Origin: Clostridia bacterium
GTDB taxonomy: Bacteria > Bacillota > Clostridia > Christensenellales > UBA1242
Direction of reading: 5' to 3'
Length of the DNA: 64,000 nucleotides
NCBI GenBank assembly: GCA_028709705.1
Contig: JAQVWL010000001.1
Coordinates: 96,855-160,854 of the forward strand
The translations under genes were made by a program, and so were the position numbers. The notes under the pieces were generated by a model. That model had not been told where the DNA came from, ran no database searches, and worked only from the letters and a program-made list of their open reading frames with translations. Each line of letters opens with the position of its first letter. The first letter of the stretch is position 1. Of the stretch, positions 27,153 through 37,457 are shown piece after piece.

Positions 27153-30100
27153 TTATTTTATTTTCATATTTCTTCTTAACAACACAAAAGTTACAACAAG
27201 TGCCGAAACTGCTAACACACTAAACACTATTATCACAACGGAAAAGGCATTTAATGGCTCTGCTTTCATTACTTTATAACTGTAAAGAACCTTGTCTGAA
27301 TCGGTAACTATTTGAATAAAATATGTTCCCGTTTTGGTAATGTTGTAAGTTTTGTAATAGTCAGTTGTGTTTGTTATGTTATCCAAATAACTTTGATTTA
27401 TTGTTATTATTTGGTCGCCAACCAAAATTTTACATTCGCCCAAATTGTTGAAAACATCATAGGCATTAAAACTAACGGAAATAGTGTTTGTTGTTGAAGA
27501 ACCTTCAACAGTTGAAATTGTTAGAGGAATTGTATTAAGATTTTTGATTTTAAAACCAAAAGTAAACATTTCGTTTTGAATATTGGAATTGGTCTTTATT
27601 GTTATTTGATAATTTCCTTCGCCTGTTATTTCATCATAAAGCGAAATTAAAATATTTTTTAAATATTTTACAGTCGCTGTTCCAACGGTGTAAGTGTTAA
27701 AGTGAAAATAATTGCTATAATCCATTTCAACATTATTTTTTAGCACAGAAACTATCTCATAATTGCTATATTGTGAATATTCAAAAGCCCATCTAAATTC
27801 ATTGTTGTTTATTATTGTAAATTTTGTTATTTGCCTTTTTACATTCATATTGTTGATTTTTGCATCAAAATATACTTCATAATAACCGCTACCAGAAATA
27901 ATATATTCTTTGTTTGCATTGGCAGTTATGGTAATAGGCAAGTTGTTTTTCAAAACAGTGATTTTGGGTTGACTGCCTTTTTCATATAGCGTATTCAAAT
28001 TTTGTGGCAAAGTAATGACGATTGAATTGTTATAAATTCCGTTTTCTATTGGCACATTACCGTTGATATAGAATGAAACGCCGTTGATATAAGTAAGTTT
28101 GTAATTACTTTGGATTATGTTGCTGTTTTTGTCTTGGAATATTTGAACGTTGCCCGCTTGGTCGCTAAAAGATATTGTGTAGTTTCCGCTATGAGTTAAA
28201 ACAACATAAGATTTTGTTGCATCAAATGCAAAAATTTTTGGAGTGTAAACAAATTCTTCATTGTCATCGTAAGTAATGTTTATATTAATAAAGTTTTCAG
28301 GAATGCCATAATAAGTATTAAAAACAACTTTAAGATTTGTAAAAGTTGAATTGTCTGATGTTATAACAATTTGTTTTGAAACATCAGAAAGTGTTGTCTG
28401 CCCAGTGGTTGAAATGCAATAAAAACCATTTTCAGGAAGTAATGTGCTTGTTGAAATATAAGTAACAGCAATATAGTTTGTATAAAATTTTATCATTTTG
28501 TTATTAGAATTGCTATTACTTATTTTATAAAACCTTGTTATTACACCATCAGGTGTGGTATAAGATTGTACAATTTCAGTCAATTCAATTTCTTGTTCTT
28601 CGTTTAATGTAATATTATAATTTTGAGTGTTTACAATATAATGACTTGAATAATATTTGTTGTCATAAGAAAATACTTTTCCCGTACTTTGTTTTGCTTG
28701 CCATTCATTTGTTGTTGAATTGAAAACCATTACATTATAAAAATTGGAACTTGATTCTGAAATTATAAAAGTTTTGACAGAGTATAAATATTGAACATCA
28801 TTGATAACAATATAAGTTTTTAAATAATATGTTCCTGCACTTTCAACACTTGTTCCAGAATTGATTACAATTTCTTCTTCATTGTTAAATTGAATTTTTG
28901 TAATTATAGGGAATACAAAACCATTTACAAAAGTCATTCTTGGTATGTTTATTGTCAATTGACCGGCAAAAATTGCACTGCTGTTTATCAAGTCGGATTT
29001 GTTTGTTCCGTTTTTGTCTATCAAAGAAATGTTAGGGGAAAGGTTGTTTATAAGCACGTAATCTGGGTTTGGTTGGTCTTGAATTGTGTTGCCGTTTATG
29101 TCAACTTTGGTTGGCAACAAGGTTATAATATATCTGGTAATACCGCCCGTAAAGTTTGTTATACCTTGTGTTGAACTTGGTGCAATCAAAACAATTTTGT
29201 TTATTGAATTTGATTTTGTACTTACCGAGCAAGAATAGTATGCGGTTGAAATGCCGGCATAAATTTTTGAACCGTTTGCATTTGTTATTCCTGTTGGTGT
29301 TATTGTATGCCATTCAAACACTGCCAAATCAGTATTAAAAATTAGCACTTGCAAATTGATATATACTTCATAATCAACATTGTTATAGTTGTATTCGACA
29401 TTGCCATAGCCAACAGACCAATTTTGATATCCCAATTCTTCATCACCAATCACAATTTTGTCAACAAATCCCACAATTTTTTCGTTGTCAGGAATTTTGA
29501 TTTCGCCACACGTGTGATAAAAAATGTTTGCGTTGCCAAAATTGTCGATATAAGTATATTTATAGGCAACTCTTGGACTTAAAATAGTAAATGTCCACCT
29601 GTTTGTTGTTGCTGTAAAAGTTACATAATTTGTTGAAGAGAAAGTGTTTGTTCCGTTATATATTTCAACATATCTATCCGTTTCCCAACTGGAAATGGTA
29701 AGCGATTTCAAAAATATTGACAAACCGCTTGCATAAGAATTTCCGTTGATATTTACGCCTTCGCCACTTGAAAGGGGAGTAATAGAAAGTACTTCATTGC
29801 TAACAAAAATATTGAAAGTATAATTTATTGTTTTTGTTGGGTCAACAATAATCAAAGTATGTTTTTGGTTGCTACTGCTCCAATTCATTATTTCTGTAAG
29901 TGTTACAATGTTAGGCAAAATTGAAGTGTTTGACCAATTTGTGATATCATAAAATGTATTGTTTTCAAGTTTAGGTGATTTTTGATACTTTATTCCATCA
30001 ACGCTAAACGTTAACCAAGGATAGTTATAAAGATTTATTTGATTAACATTGAAAAATGATTTTGCATAAATAGTTTGGACCTCTTGCAATTCGCTATATT

Positions 30101-33100
30101 TTATGTTTGTCAAGGTATTATATTGAGTGCTTTCTTTGTCAAAAGTCAAAACTTGCAAATCTGCATTGTTTTGCACAAAATATACAACATAAATTGAAAT
30201 ATTGCCTGCCAAATCTCTTTCAATAACTTCATAGTATTTGTTGACTGAAAGGGTGGAAGTAGAGATTGTAAGGTTGTGAGAAACTCTTGGGTCTTTTGCA
30301 AAGTTTATGCTTGTCATTTCATAAGTGTTTATGTTTTCTATCAATTTAAAATTGTAATAAAAACCATTTTTGTAATACACATCATCTGCATTTTGTGGAT
30401 TGAAATAAGAATTTAAAATCGAACTTGTCAAAGGCAACGCAAACGCATAATAAGCAAAAGCATCTGTGTTTTGTGTTTTTAAAACACTGTATTTTTGCGT
30501 GTTGTCAGCATATTGTCTGGAAAAAGAAGCAACATTTGTTCCTTCAATCAAAGTTTGGGCAATCATTTGCGACAAAACACTTTCAGGGGCAACTCTGTCA
30601 ATATAAAGTATTTTTGTTACACTGCTTGAAGTATTTTGAAGTCCTTCATATTGCATATAAAAATAAAGCACAGTGTTGGTTGGAAATCTGGAAATATCAA
30701 TTATTGCATAATGTTTTCTGCCATCAGTCACAATGTCGGTATTCAAGTTTAAATAATATTTGGTATTTATGTCTGTATAATAATAAATACCTTTTGCATT
30801 TCCATTTTCATTTGTCAAATCAATTTTTGCCATATATTCTTCAATTGGGTCTTCCCATTCAATTTTTATACTGTTTGCGTTAGTATAAGAAACATTGTTT
30901 GCATCGGTATTTAAAATGTCGCCATCTTGATTGTTTTCCAAAACTTCAACAAAGTCAAATGTTGGTTTTTTCTCAGAAATATAAAATATAAAACTAAAAG
31001 TCGAATAAGTGTTAGGGTAGGTAAGTCCATTTATTGCATTTTGTGAAATAGTAACATAATAATAACCTTCTTGTTCCAAACGTATAAGATTAGAAAAATA
31101 GTTTTGTGTTTCATTGGTGTTTTTTGTCATTGTAAGCACAGTTTTTGCACCGCCAATTGTGGAAGAATATTCTAAAACTACGCTCAAATCAAAACTTGGG
31201 TTATTTGTTGAAGTTAAATTAATATTTGAGGCTCCAAAATAAGACCATTCAAAAATTGATGTTACATTATTGCCGGAAAGCGAATATCTGTTTAAAAATG
31301 TTTGGTTGTTGATTGTTGTTGTGGTATAAAATTTTTGCAAAGCATCAAAAAGCGTAAACAACTTATTATTTTCGCTTATATCATAACCATATTTTGAGAT
31401 TGGAACATAAACAACAACGGGTAATTTATTTGTTTCCAAAATAAAAGCATCTGTGTTATAAGCCAATGCTAATTGGGTAAATTGTATGCTATTTTGACTC
31501 CCATCAAGCACATTGACATAAATTTCTTGCCCAATAATGCTAAAAATGTTGCCATTTATATTGGAAGGCAACGAAACAATATTTTCTCTGTCAACAATAA
31601 AACTGCTTTCTCTTGTCATAAAGTCAAAATTACTTACATAATCAGTACTTGAAGCGGTGTATGTTCTAACAACAACATATTTTCCATCAAAAGTTATATT
31701 TTGCCCTGTTGCAGAAGAAAATGCACTATTTAAATTAAAAGCAAAATAATTTGCAAAATCTCCACTTAAAGCAGTGGTCGCATTTATATTGTTTGTCAAA
31801 TCGTAAACAACAGTAGAAACTGCAACATTTGATAATTTGTAAATTCCGTTTTCTATTATAAAAGGAAAATAAAATACTTCAATTTTTTCTACTGCTATAT
31901 AGTCAGAAGGGTTGGGCAAAAAGATATAAGACAACATTTGAACATTGCCATTTACAGTTGCTCCCGTAGCATAATAATATTTTGTCCTTAAATCTGCTTT
32001 TTGATAAATTGGCATATTATTTTCGGCAGTTGTAAAAGAATCCGCAAAACCTGCTTGATTTAGATTTGCCGAATTGTAAGAAATGGCAGAAACATCAGTA
32101 GGATTGGTGGAACTATTGTTCAAAAGAATATTGGCCATTGAAGCGTCAGAAGTTGTTGTGATTTTGTAAGCAAGACTAGCATTTTTTACAAAATCAGATT
32201 GAGAAAGGCTAGATATCAAATTAAAATACGGGTTGCTTTCATCTATAAGATAAAAAACATAAGATATTTCATTTGCAAAAGTTTTGTCGCCTATTGTTTT
32301 TTCAAGATTGATAACATAGTTTTGTAAGTCGGTATTTTTTACAAAAGTGTTACCAATAAGCACATAACTTGTGGGCGATATTTCAGGTGCAAAATAATAT
32401 TTTCCTTCACTTGCAAGAATGTCATTATCCCCAGTTATTTCGTTTAATTTGCTAACAAAGACATCTTTGACCCAAATATCAGTTGTTGTTGCTAATTGAT
32501 TTACTGCTATGTTGGTGTTAATCAATTTAAATTTGCCCCACTGCAATTCAGTGTCTATTGAAACAACATTATAGTTTTGAACAGTCCTATATTCGCCATT
32601 TGAAATTTGACCCATTTTTATTTGTGTTTTATCAATGCAAAAAGTAATATATTGCCAATTTCCTGCCGAATCAGTTAATTTTATAATATAAAAACCTTGA
32701 CTGCTTAAAATACTACCTTCTTGCAAAAGACTGCTATTGCTTGTGTTGTTATATTTTATTGTCGCCAATTCGCTTCCGCCAACATCAAAATTCATAGCAT
32801 AATCAACCGCAATGCCAAAGTCATTTGCAAATTGACTTGCATTTGGAAGGCTGGCACTTGTTTGCACAAAAGGAATGTATTTATAATAAGCAGAACTCGT
32901 TGCACCACTTGCTTTTTCTGCCCATTGAATAGCAACAGATTTGTTAGTAAAAAACACAACAGGATTGCTTGTATTTTTTATGTATTGATTGCTAATAGAA
33001 GTCGAAGTGGTCACATTATAAACTCCAACATTTTGAAAAGAAGTGTTGTCAATAGTAAAGTACGAAGTTTGACTTTTGTTGTTTACATAATTTATAACAA

Positions 33101-34889
33101 CTTTATAGTTTTTGTTATAGGAAACAGTTTGAGATTGAGAAGAAGTGTTGGCTGTAATAGTTGTGCTTGTACTATAAACACTGCTAGTGTACTCTTTGCT
33201 GAATATACTTACGCTAACAGGTGAATTGAAAACACTTTGTCCCGGCAATGTTATTTTTACGCTATTTCTTGTATAAGAGTTTGAACTGATAGTTGTTTCG
33301 GTTGTTGTTTCGCCAACTGTTTCAAGTTTTGCCATAGAAACAGACATTTTGTCATTTGTAATATTAAAATAAAAATATTGAACAAAATAAACATTAGAAG
33401 CGTTATTCCCGTTTGAGTTTAAGTTATTTTGAAAGGTGTAAACAGTTTTCAAAAGATAAGTTCCGGGGTCGGTAAAGGAAGTGTTTAAATAAGTGTTTTT
33501 TATGTAAGTGTCATTAAGTTTTGCCCAATCGTTTGTTTCTTCATCAAGTTTGTAATAATATGAGTTTGCTTGGTTGATGGTCACATTACTATTTGCAAAA
33601 ACTGCGGGTTGGTTTGTGGAAGCAGGAGTTAAACCGCTTATTGCATTAAAAATGGCAGTGTCATCAACAAGTGCAGACAAAGAAACGTTTTTCAAACTTT
33701 CATAATTTAGAGTGTAACTTACATCAGCAGAATTTACTCCGCCAGCAAGTCCGTTTTCAATCAACTTAAATTCTTTTTTTGCTTTTGTAATGCTATCAGA
33801 ATAGTTTAATTGATAACCATAAACATACAACATATCTGCTTTTTTGTTTACATTTGTGATTTCGGGGCTAATCAAAGAGGTATAACTGTTGCCATTGTTG
33901 TCGTAAACAAATTGATAAGTCAATCTATAATCGCCAATATCTTGAAAATAAATAGTAATTTTTTGAGTTTCTTCATCAAAAACAGCATCAACAAAATTTT
34001 GAGTGGAATTTGTTCCCAAAGTTATCAACTTGTTGGTCGTAAATTTACTAATTGTGCAAGTTTCACTTGTTCCTTGAACAGACTTGGTCACGCTAACAAT
34101 AAATTTGCCCGCATCAAATGTCAAACTTGGCAAATAATTGTATGTTGTTGAAGGTTCAATTATGTTCGCATAATTAAAAAAGTAATAATTTTTGTAAGTT
34201 GCTCCAATAGGACTTGCACTTCTAACATTATCAAAATCTAAATTTTGGGTTGTTGCATTATCAGCGGCAAAATAATCGGTTGTGTTAAAAATATAAAAAG
34301 TTGCGCTATAAGATTTTGTTGAGTTTACTTCAAAATCAACACCAGTGTTTTCTTTGTAGTTTTCAAAAGTTATTTCGTATTTGCCAGTAGGGAATAGGGT
34401 TGATTCTTCTAAATCTATTTCAATTGTAAGATATCCAAAACTAGCGTCATAACCGGTTGGGTTTTCGGGATTGTAATTAGGTGCATAAAAATAGGTTATT
34501 CTTTTTATCAAATCGGCATCAAAATAAGGTTGAAGATTTGCAATGTCTAGTCCGTTAATATTAAGTTTAAAACTTCCTATTTCCCAAGATACTGCATATT
34601 CGCCAATTTCTTCCTGACTGCCATAAACTTCATAAGTGTTTTCAATAGCGTTTCCAACGGGTTTGCCAAAATTTATAACAAGTTTTTGTCCATCATCTAA
34701 AAAAACACTTTGACCGCTAGTATAATTTGTGTTGTTTACTTTTGCAGAAAAATAAGAAGGGGCAGTTTGTTCTGCCAACACAAAATTTTTTGGGGCAAAA
34801 TTTGTTGTCAATAAACACAAGCCCATAACAAGCAAACCAAAACTAGTTGCCAAACTCAAAAATATATTTTTATTTTTTTTTGAATACAT
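27153..34889 (-). CDS. giant (2578 aa) tail-anchored surface protein, Ig-like beta-sandwich repeats, no recognisable catalytic domain
   Basis: Start set at ATG 34889 (GAGAGGGAAA RBS). Signal peptide (IFLSLATSFGLLVMGLCLL...VLAEQ). N/T/S/Y-rich sequence with many GxYx(I/L)x(V/I) strand motifs (GDYRLTYQF, GFYIIKLTDSAGN, GNYTISFSDQAGN, GTYFIQIVTD). C-terminal TM helix (FSVVIIVFSVLAVSALVVTFVLL) plus an RRNMKIK tail. No LPXTG. Confidence 0.9.
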   Translation of the reverse strand: MYSKKNKNIFLSLATSFGLLVMGLCLLTTNFAPKNFVLAEQTAPSYFSAKVNNTNYTSGQSVFLDDGQKLVINFGKPVGNAIENTYEVYGSQEEIGEYAVSWEIGSFKLNINGLDIANLQPYFDADLIKRITYFYAPNYNPENPTGYDASFGYLTIEIDLEESTLFPTGKYEITFENYKENTGVDFEVNSTKSYSATFYIFNTTDYFAADNATTQNLDFDNVRSASPIGATYKNYYFFNYANIIEPSTTYNYLPSLTFDAGKFIVSVTKSVQGTSETCTISKFTTNKLITLGTNSTQNFVDAVFDEETQKITIYFQDIGDYRLTYQFVYDNNGNSYTSLISPEITNVNKKADMLYVYGYQLNYSDSITKAKKEFKLIENGLAGGVNSADVSYTLNYESLKNVSLSALVDDTAIFNAISGLTPASTNQPAVFANSNVTINQANSYYYKLDEETNDWAKLNDTYIKNTYLNTSFTDPGTYLLKTVYTFQNNLNSNGNNASNVYFVQYFYFNITNDKMSVSMAKLETVGETTTETTISSNSYTRNSVKITLPGQSVFNSPVSVSIFSKEYTSSVYSTSTTITANTSSQSQTVSYNKNYKVVINYVNNKSQTSYFTIDNTSFQNVGVYNVTTSTSISNQYIKNTSNPVVFFTNKSVAIQWAEKASGATSSAYYKYIPFVQTSASLPNASQFANDFGIAVDYAMNFDVGGSELATIKYNNTSNSSLLQEGSILSSQGFYIIKLTDSAGNWQYITFCIDKTQIKMGQISNGEYRTVQNYNVVSIDTELQWGKFKLINTNIAVNQLATTTDIWVKDVFVSKLNEITGDNDILASEGKYYFAPEISPTSYVLIGNTFVKNTDLQNYVINLEKTIGDKTFANEISYVFYLIDESNPYFNLISSLSQSDFVKNASLAYKITTTSDASMANILLNNSSTNPTDVSAISYNSANLNQAGFADSFTTAENNMPIYQKADLRTKYYYATGATVNGNVQMLSYIFLPNPSDYIAVEKIEVFYFPFIIENGIYKLSNVAVSTVVYDLTNNINATTALSGDFANYFAFNLNSAFSSATGQNITFDGKYVVVRTYTASSTDYVSNFDFMTRESSFIVDRENIVSLPSNINGNIFSIIGQEIYVNVLDGSQNSIQFTQLALAYNTDAFILETNKLPVVVYVPISKYGYDISENNKLFTLFDALQKFYTTTTINNQTFLNRYSLSGNNVTSIFEWSYFGASNINLTSTNNPSFDLSVVLEYSSTIGGAKTVLTMTKNTNETQNYFSNLIRLEQEGYYYVTISQNAINGLTYPNTYSTFSFIFYISEKKPTFDFVEVLENNQDGDILNTDANNVSYTNANSIKIEWEDPIEEYMAKIDLTNENGNAKGIYYYTDINTKYYLNLNTDIVTDGRKHYAIIDISRFPTNTVLYFYMQYEGLQNTSSSVTKILYIDRVAPESVLSQMIAQTLIEGTNVASFSRQYADNTQKYSVLKTQNTDAFAYYAFALPLTSSILNSYFNPQNADDVYYKNGFYYNFKLIENINTYEMTSINFAKDPRVSHNLTISTSTLSVNKYYEVIERDLAGNISIYVVYFVQNNADLQVLTFDKESTQYNTLTNIKYSELQEVQTIYAKSFFNVNQINLYNYPWLTFSVDGIKYQKSPKLENNTFYDITNWSNTSILPNIVTLTEIMNWSSSNQKHTLIIVDPTKTINYTFNIFVSNEVLSITPLSSGEGVNINGNSYASGLSIFLKSLTISSWETDRYVEIYNGTNTFSSTNYVTFTATTNRWTFTILSPRVAYKYTYIDNFGNANIFYHTCGEIKIPDNEKIVGFVDKIVIGDEELGYQNWSVGYGNVEYNYNNVDYEVYINLQVLIFNTDLAVFEWHTITPTGITNANGSKIYAGISTAYYSCSVSTKSNSINKIVLIAPSSTQGITNFTGGITRYIITLLPTKVDINGNTIQDQPNPDYVLINNLSPNISLIDKNGTNKSDLINSSAIFAGQLTINIPRMTFVNGFVFPIITKIQFNNEEEIVINSGTSVESAGTYYLKTYIVINDVQYLYSVKTFIISESSSNFYNVMVFNSTTNEWQAKQSTGKVFSYDNKYYSSHYIVNTQNYNITLNEEQEIELTEIVQSYTTPDGVITRFYKISNSNSNNKMIKFYTNYIAVTYISTSTLLPENGFYCISTTGQTTLSDVSKQIVITSDNSTFTNLKVVFNTYYGIPENFININITYDDNEEFVYTPKIFAFDATKSYVVLTHSGNYTISFSDQAGNVQIFQDKNSNIIQSNYKLTYINGVSFYINGNVPIENGIYNNSIVITLPQNLNTLYEKGSQPKITVLKNNLPITITANANKEYIISGSGYYEVYFDAKINNMNVKRQITKFTIINNNEFRWAFEYSQYSNYEIVSVLKNNVEMDYSNYFHFNTYTVGTATVKYLKNILISLYDEITGEGNYQITIKTNSNIQNEMFTFGFKIKNLNTIPLTISTVEGSSTTNTISVSFNAYDVFNNLGECKILVGDQIITINQSYLDNITNTTDYYKTYNITKTGTYFIQIVTDSDKVLYSYKVMKAEPLNAFSVVIIVFSVLAVSALVVTFVLLRRNMKIK

Positions 34890-34916
34890 TTTCCCTCTCT
34901 CACAACGACAAAAATT

Positions 34917-34943
34917 ATTATAAGTCAATAATTACAAAAGCAA
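34917..34943 (-). promoter_or_regulatory. candidate promoter of the 7.7-kb gene
   Basis: On the minus strand, TTGCTT followed by a 15-nt spacer and TATAAT (the forward-strand ATTATA at 34917-22). The spacer is short, so the -35 assignment is uncertain. Confidence 0.4.
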
Positions 34944-35074
34944 AAAAATATGTAATTAATTTTTTATTCGCAAAAATATTTTATCAAATTTTGTCATTTT
35001 ATGCAACTAAATTTGGTATTAATTATTATTTTATATATTTATAATATAATTATACTTATTATAGAAAAACAAAT

Positions 35075-35145
35075 GGTCAAGAGGAGGAGAGTCAACTGAC
35101 TCTCCGCTCCCGCTCCCGTGTCAGTAACTAGCGTCCCCGTTGACC
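35075..35145 (-). repeat. half copy (left-arm type, minus orientation) of the palindromic repeat family, copy B
   Basis: CGTGTCAGTAACTAGCGTCCCCGTTGACC (35117-35145) is an R unit on the plus strand, equivalent to an F unit on the minus strand. The adjacent diverged R'-like part contains the self-complementary GGAGAGTCAACTGACTCTCC (35086-35105). No partner arm is present. Confidence 0.85.
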
Positions 35146-35164
35146 TTGTTTGATATTTCACAAC

Positions 35165-35192
35165 AAAAAATTCCGCTTTTGCGGAATTTTTT
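35165..35192. terminator. bidirectional terminator directly after the coupling-protein gene
   Basis: AAAAAATTCCGC-tttt-GCGGAATTTTTT. It ends 1 nt before the T4CP stop codon. Confidence 0.85.
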
Positions 35193-35193
35193 G

Positions 35194-37164
35194 TTAAAAC
35201 CCAAACGAATCGAAATCCGGTTTGTTTCGTTTTAGCATTTTTGCGTTTCTTTGTTTGATGTCATAAAATACTTTTTCTTCTTCAAAAGGTTGGCATTTTA
35301 CATATTCATCTTCTGCAACTGTTTTGTCAAATTCAGGTGTTTTGTAGTATGGTGTAAACGCAGTTTTGATAGGATTTGTTTGAAATATTTTTACAATAGC
35401 AGTGCCATAAGGTAGTTGTCCCAACTCGTAAGGTCCAATAAGCGGTCTTGTGACCATTTGTGCGCTTGTTGTGGTTGATGTTCCTGTTTCTTTTTTGTCT
35501 GACTTGCTTGTTGATGTGTTTTTAAGTTCAAGGGAAATATCGCCACACATTTTTGAATATTCTTCTTTTGTTTTTTGGTCTTCTGTTCCCAAATAAATCT
35601 GAATGTTGCAGTTACCCCTAATAGTGTCAGCAGTTTCTTTGCCGTATTTGTTATCAAGTTGACTATATGATTGCACCACAAGTTCAAAAAAGATTTTTCT
35701 TGAACGAGCAACTGTGATAATACTATCCATTTTTTCAATTTTGGGCAAGTTTGCAAACTCATCAAGCAAAAAATAAACAGTTTTTGGCAATTCAAGATTG
35801 GGAGAAACGCTTGCCTTGTCTATCAGTTTTTTATAAATTTGAGAAATACACATAGTCGCCAAACAGTGTCTTGATTCTTTTTCATCTGGCACTTTGATAA
35901 ACAAAACAGTAGGGCGGTCAACAAAGTTATCAAAAATCATATCAGAATGACTTGTTGCATAACAAATACCACTATCTTGAAAAATTGAAATTCTGGAATA
36001 CAAAATACCCATATAACTTTTTGTTGTGCCGGGAGCATTGTTGATAGCGGTTGAAGTCAAAGAAGTAACTTTGCTAAACTTATCTCTACCCGAGCAATAA
36101 TCACGAAGTGTTCCATAAGGATTGTCAGGGTCTGGGTCTCTTGAAGTTGCAATTTTTGCAAGGTTATAGAAGTTATATTTTTCTTTTGTTAAGCCAAGTT
36201 CAGGGATAGCACTGTCTTCAAGCATTGCAAGCATCAAACCATACAAAAGGTCTTGCGCGCCCCTTTCCCAACTTGGGTCATTTTTGTTTTCAATAGGCAC
36301 AATGTTTATGGCAATTTCTCTTAACTCATTTTCTGCAATATCAATCATTTCTTGCTTTTTTGCGCGCAAGTCGTTGGTAAGTTGGGTTTTGTCAGAATAC
36401 GCCATTCCGTTATATTCATACCAAACATTACCAAAATCGTTTGAAGTAAGTTTTAGTTTGTATTGCGATGGTTTTCCACCGTTATGAATTTTTACTTCAT
36501 TTTCCAAATTTTTTGCTCTGTGGTAAGTGTCGTAAGCATTTGCCATTGGGTTCCAACGTGTTGAAGCAAATGGATTTCTTAAATCAAGAACCATCAAGTT
36601 GTAACCAAGATTTTTTAATTGTTTGCTATGTTTGTTATAAAGTTCGCCCTTTGGGTCAGTAACAACAAGGCAAGGCTTTTCAGCGGTGTTGGACAAAATT
36701 CTTATTGCAGGGTCAATAATAAGTGTTGTTTTACCAGAACCTGTTGTTCCAATAACAAGAGTATGTATTGGCTTGAACATATTTATATTCAATTTTCCAT
36801 TTTTTACCAAGTTTCTGATAACTATACCGCTTTTTTTGACCATAGGCAAAGTTTTGTATGTGTTATACATAAAATTTGGATTTGTTTCTAAATCTTTTTC
36901 AGTTACCCATTTTGCATCGTAATATTGTGAAATCTTGTCGCCCGCTTTTGTTGTTCCAACACCTGTTGAGGTGCTTGATTTTGTTTTTGTGTTGCTTGTA
37001 ATGTAAAGCAATGCAATGGCAAGACCTGCAAAACCACCAAAAAGCGCATAAGTGCTTGAAAATAACGAAGCAATGTCAGCAGTTCCTTCTAGATAAGCAG
37101 AAGCACCAACACCAATCAAATAAAATATTAAGGTTGCTATCATAATTTTTGAAAATGATTTCAT
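35194..37164 (-). CDS. type IV secretion coupling protein (VirD4/TraG/TraD family ATPase)
   Basis: 656 aa. Two N-terminal TM helices, YYDAKW motif, Walker A HTLVIGTTGSGKTT, VVTDPKGELY, LDLRNP..STRWNP, Walker B YFLLDEFANLP, SRKIFFELVVQSYSQL and GNCNIQIYLG. GGAGG RBS. Confidence 0.85.
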   Translation of the reverse strand: MKSFSKIMIATLIFYLIGVGASAYLEGTADIASLFSSTYALFGGFAGLAIALLYITSNTKTKSSTSTGVGTTKAGDKISQYYDAKWVTEKDLETNPNFMYNTYKTLPMVKKSGIVIRNLVKNGKLNINMFKPIHTLVIGTTGSGKTTLIIDPAIRILSNTAEKPCLVVTDPKGELYNKHSKQLKNLGYNLMVLDLRNPFASTRWNPMANAYDTYHRAKNLENEVKIHNGGKPSQYKLKLTSNDFGNVWYEYNGMAYSDKTQLTNDLRAKKQEMIDIAENELREIAINIVPIENKNDPSWERGAQDLLYGLMLAMLEDSAIPELGLTKEKYNFYNLAKIATSRDPDPDNPYGTLRDYCSGRDKFSKVTSLTSTAINNAPGTTKSYMGILYSRISIFQDSGICYATSHSDMIFDNFVDRPTVLFIKVPDEKESRHCLATMCISQIYKKLIDKASVSPNLELPKTVYFLLDEFANLPKIEKMDSIITVARSRKIFFELVVQSYSQLDNKYGKETADTIRGNCNIQIYLGTEDQKTKEEYSKMCGDISLELKNTSTSKSDKKETGTSTTTSAQMVTRPLIGPYELGQLPYGTAIVKIFQTNPIKTAFTPYYKTPEFDKTVAEDEYVKCQPFEEEKVFYDIKQRNAKMLKRNKPDFDSFGF

Positions 37165-37352
37165 TAAAAATTATCCTCCAATGTCTATATTTTTTTTAAC
37201 ACAATAAACTTTTAAAGTCAAACAAAATGGCGTTTAATTATAATTAATAATATTTTATATTTTATTAATTCATTTACAAACTTTGATAAAAAAGTTTATT
37301 TTTTTGTGCAAAAAAATTTTTTTAAAAAATTAAAAAATATGTCAAAATTTGT

Positions 37353-37381
37353 TTGGAAATTGAAAAATAATGTGGTATTAT
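37353..37381 (+). promoter_or_regulatory. extended -10 promoter of the small membrane protein gene
   Basis: TTGGAA (37353-58), 17-nt spacer, TGgTATTAT (-10 at 37376-81). Confidence 0.5.
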
Positions 37382-37457
37382 AATTTTGTAAATATATTTG
37401 CGTTGCATAATGACAGATATTTTGCAAAGAATAATAAAAAACGGAGGGTTTTTTGAT

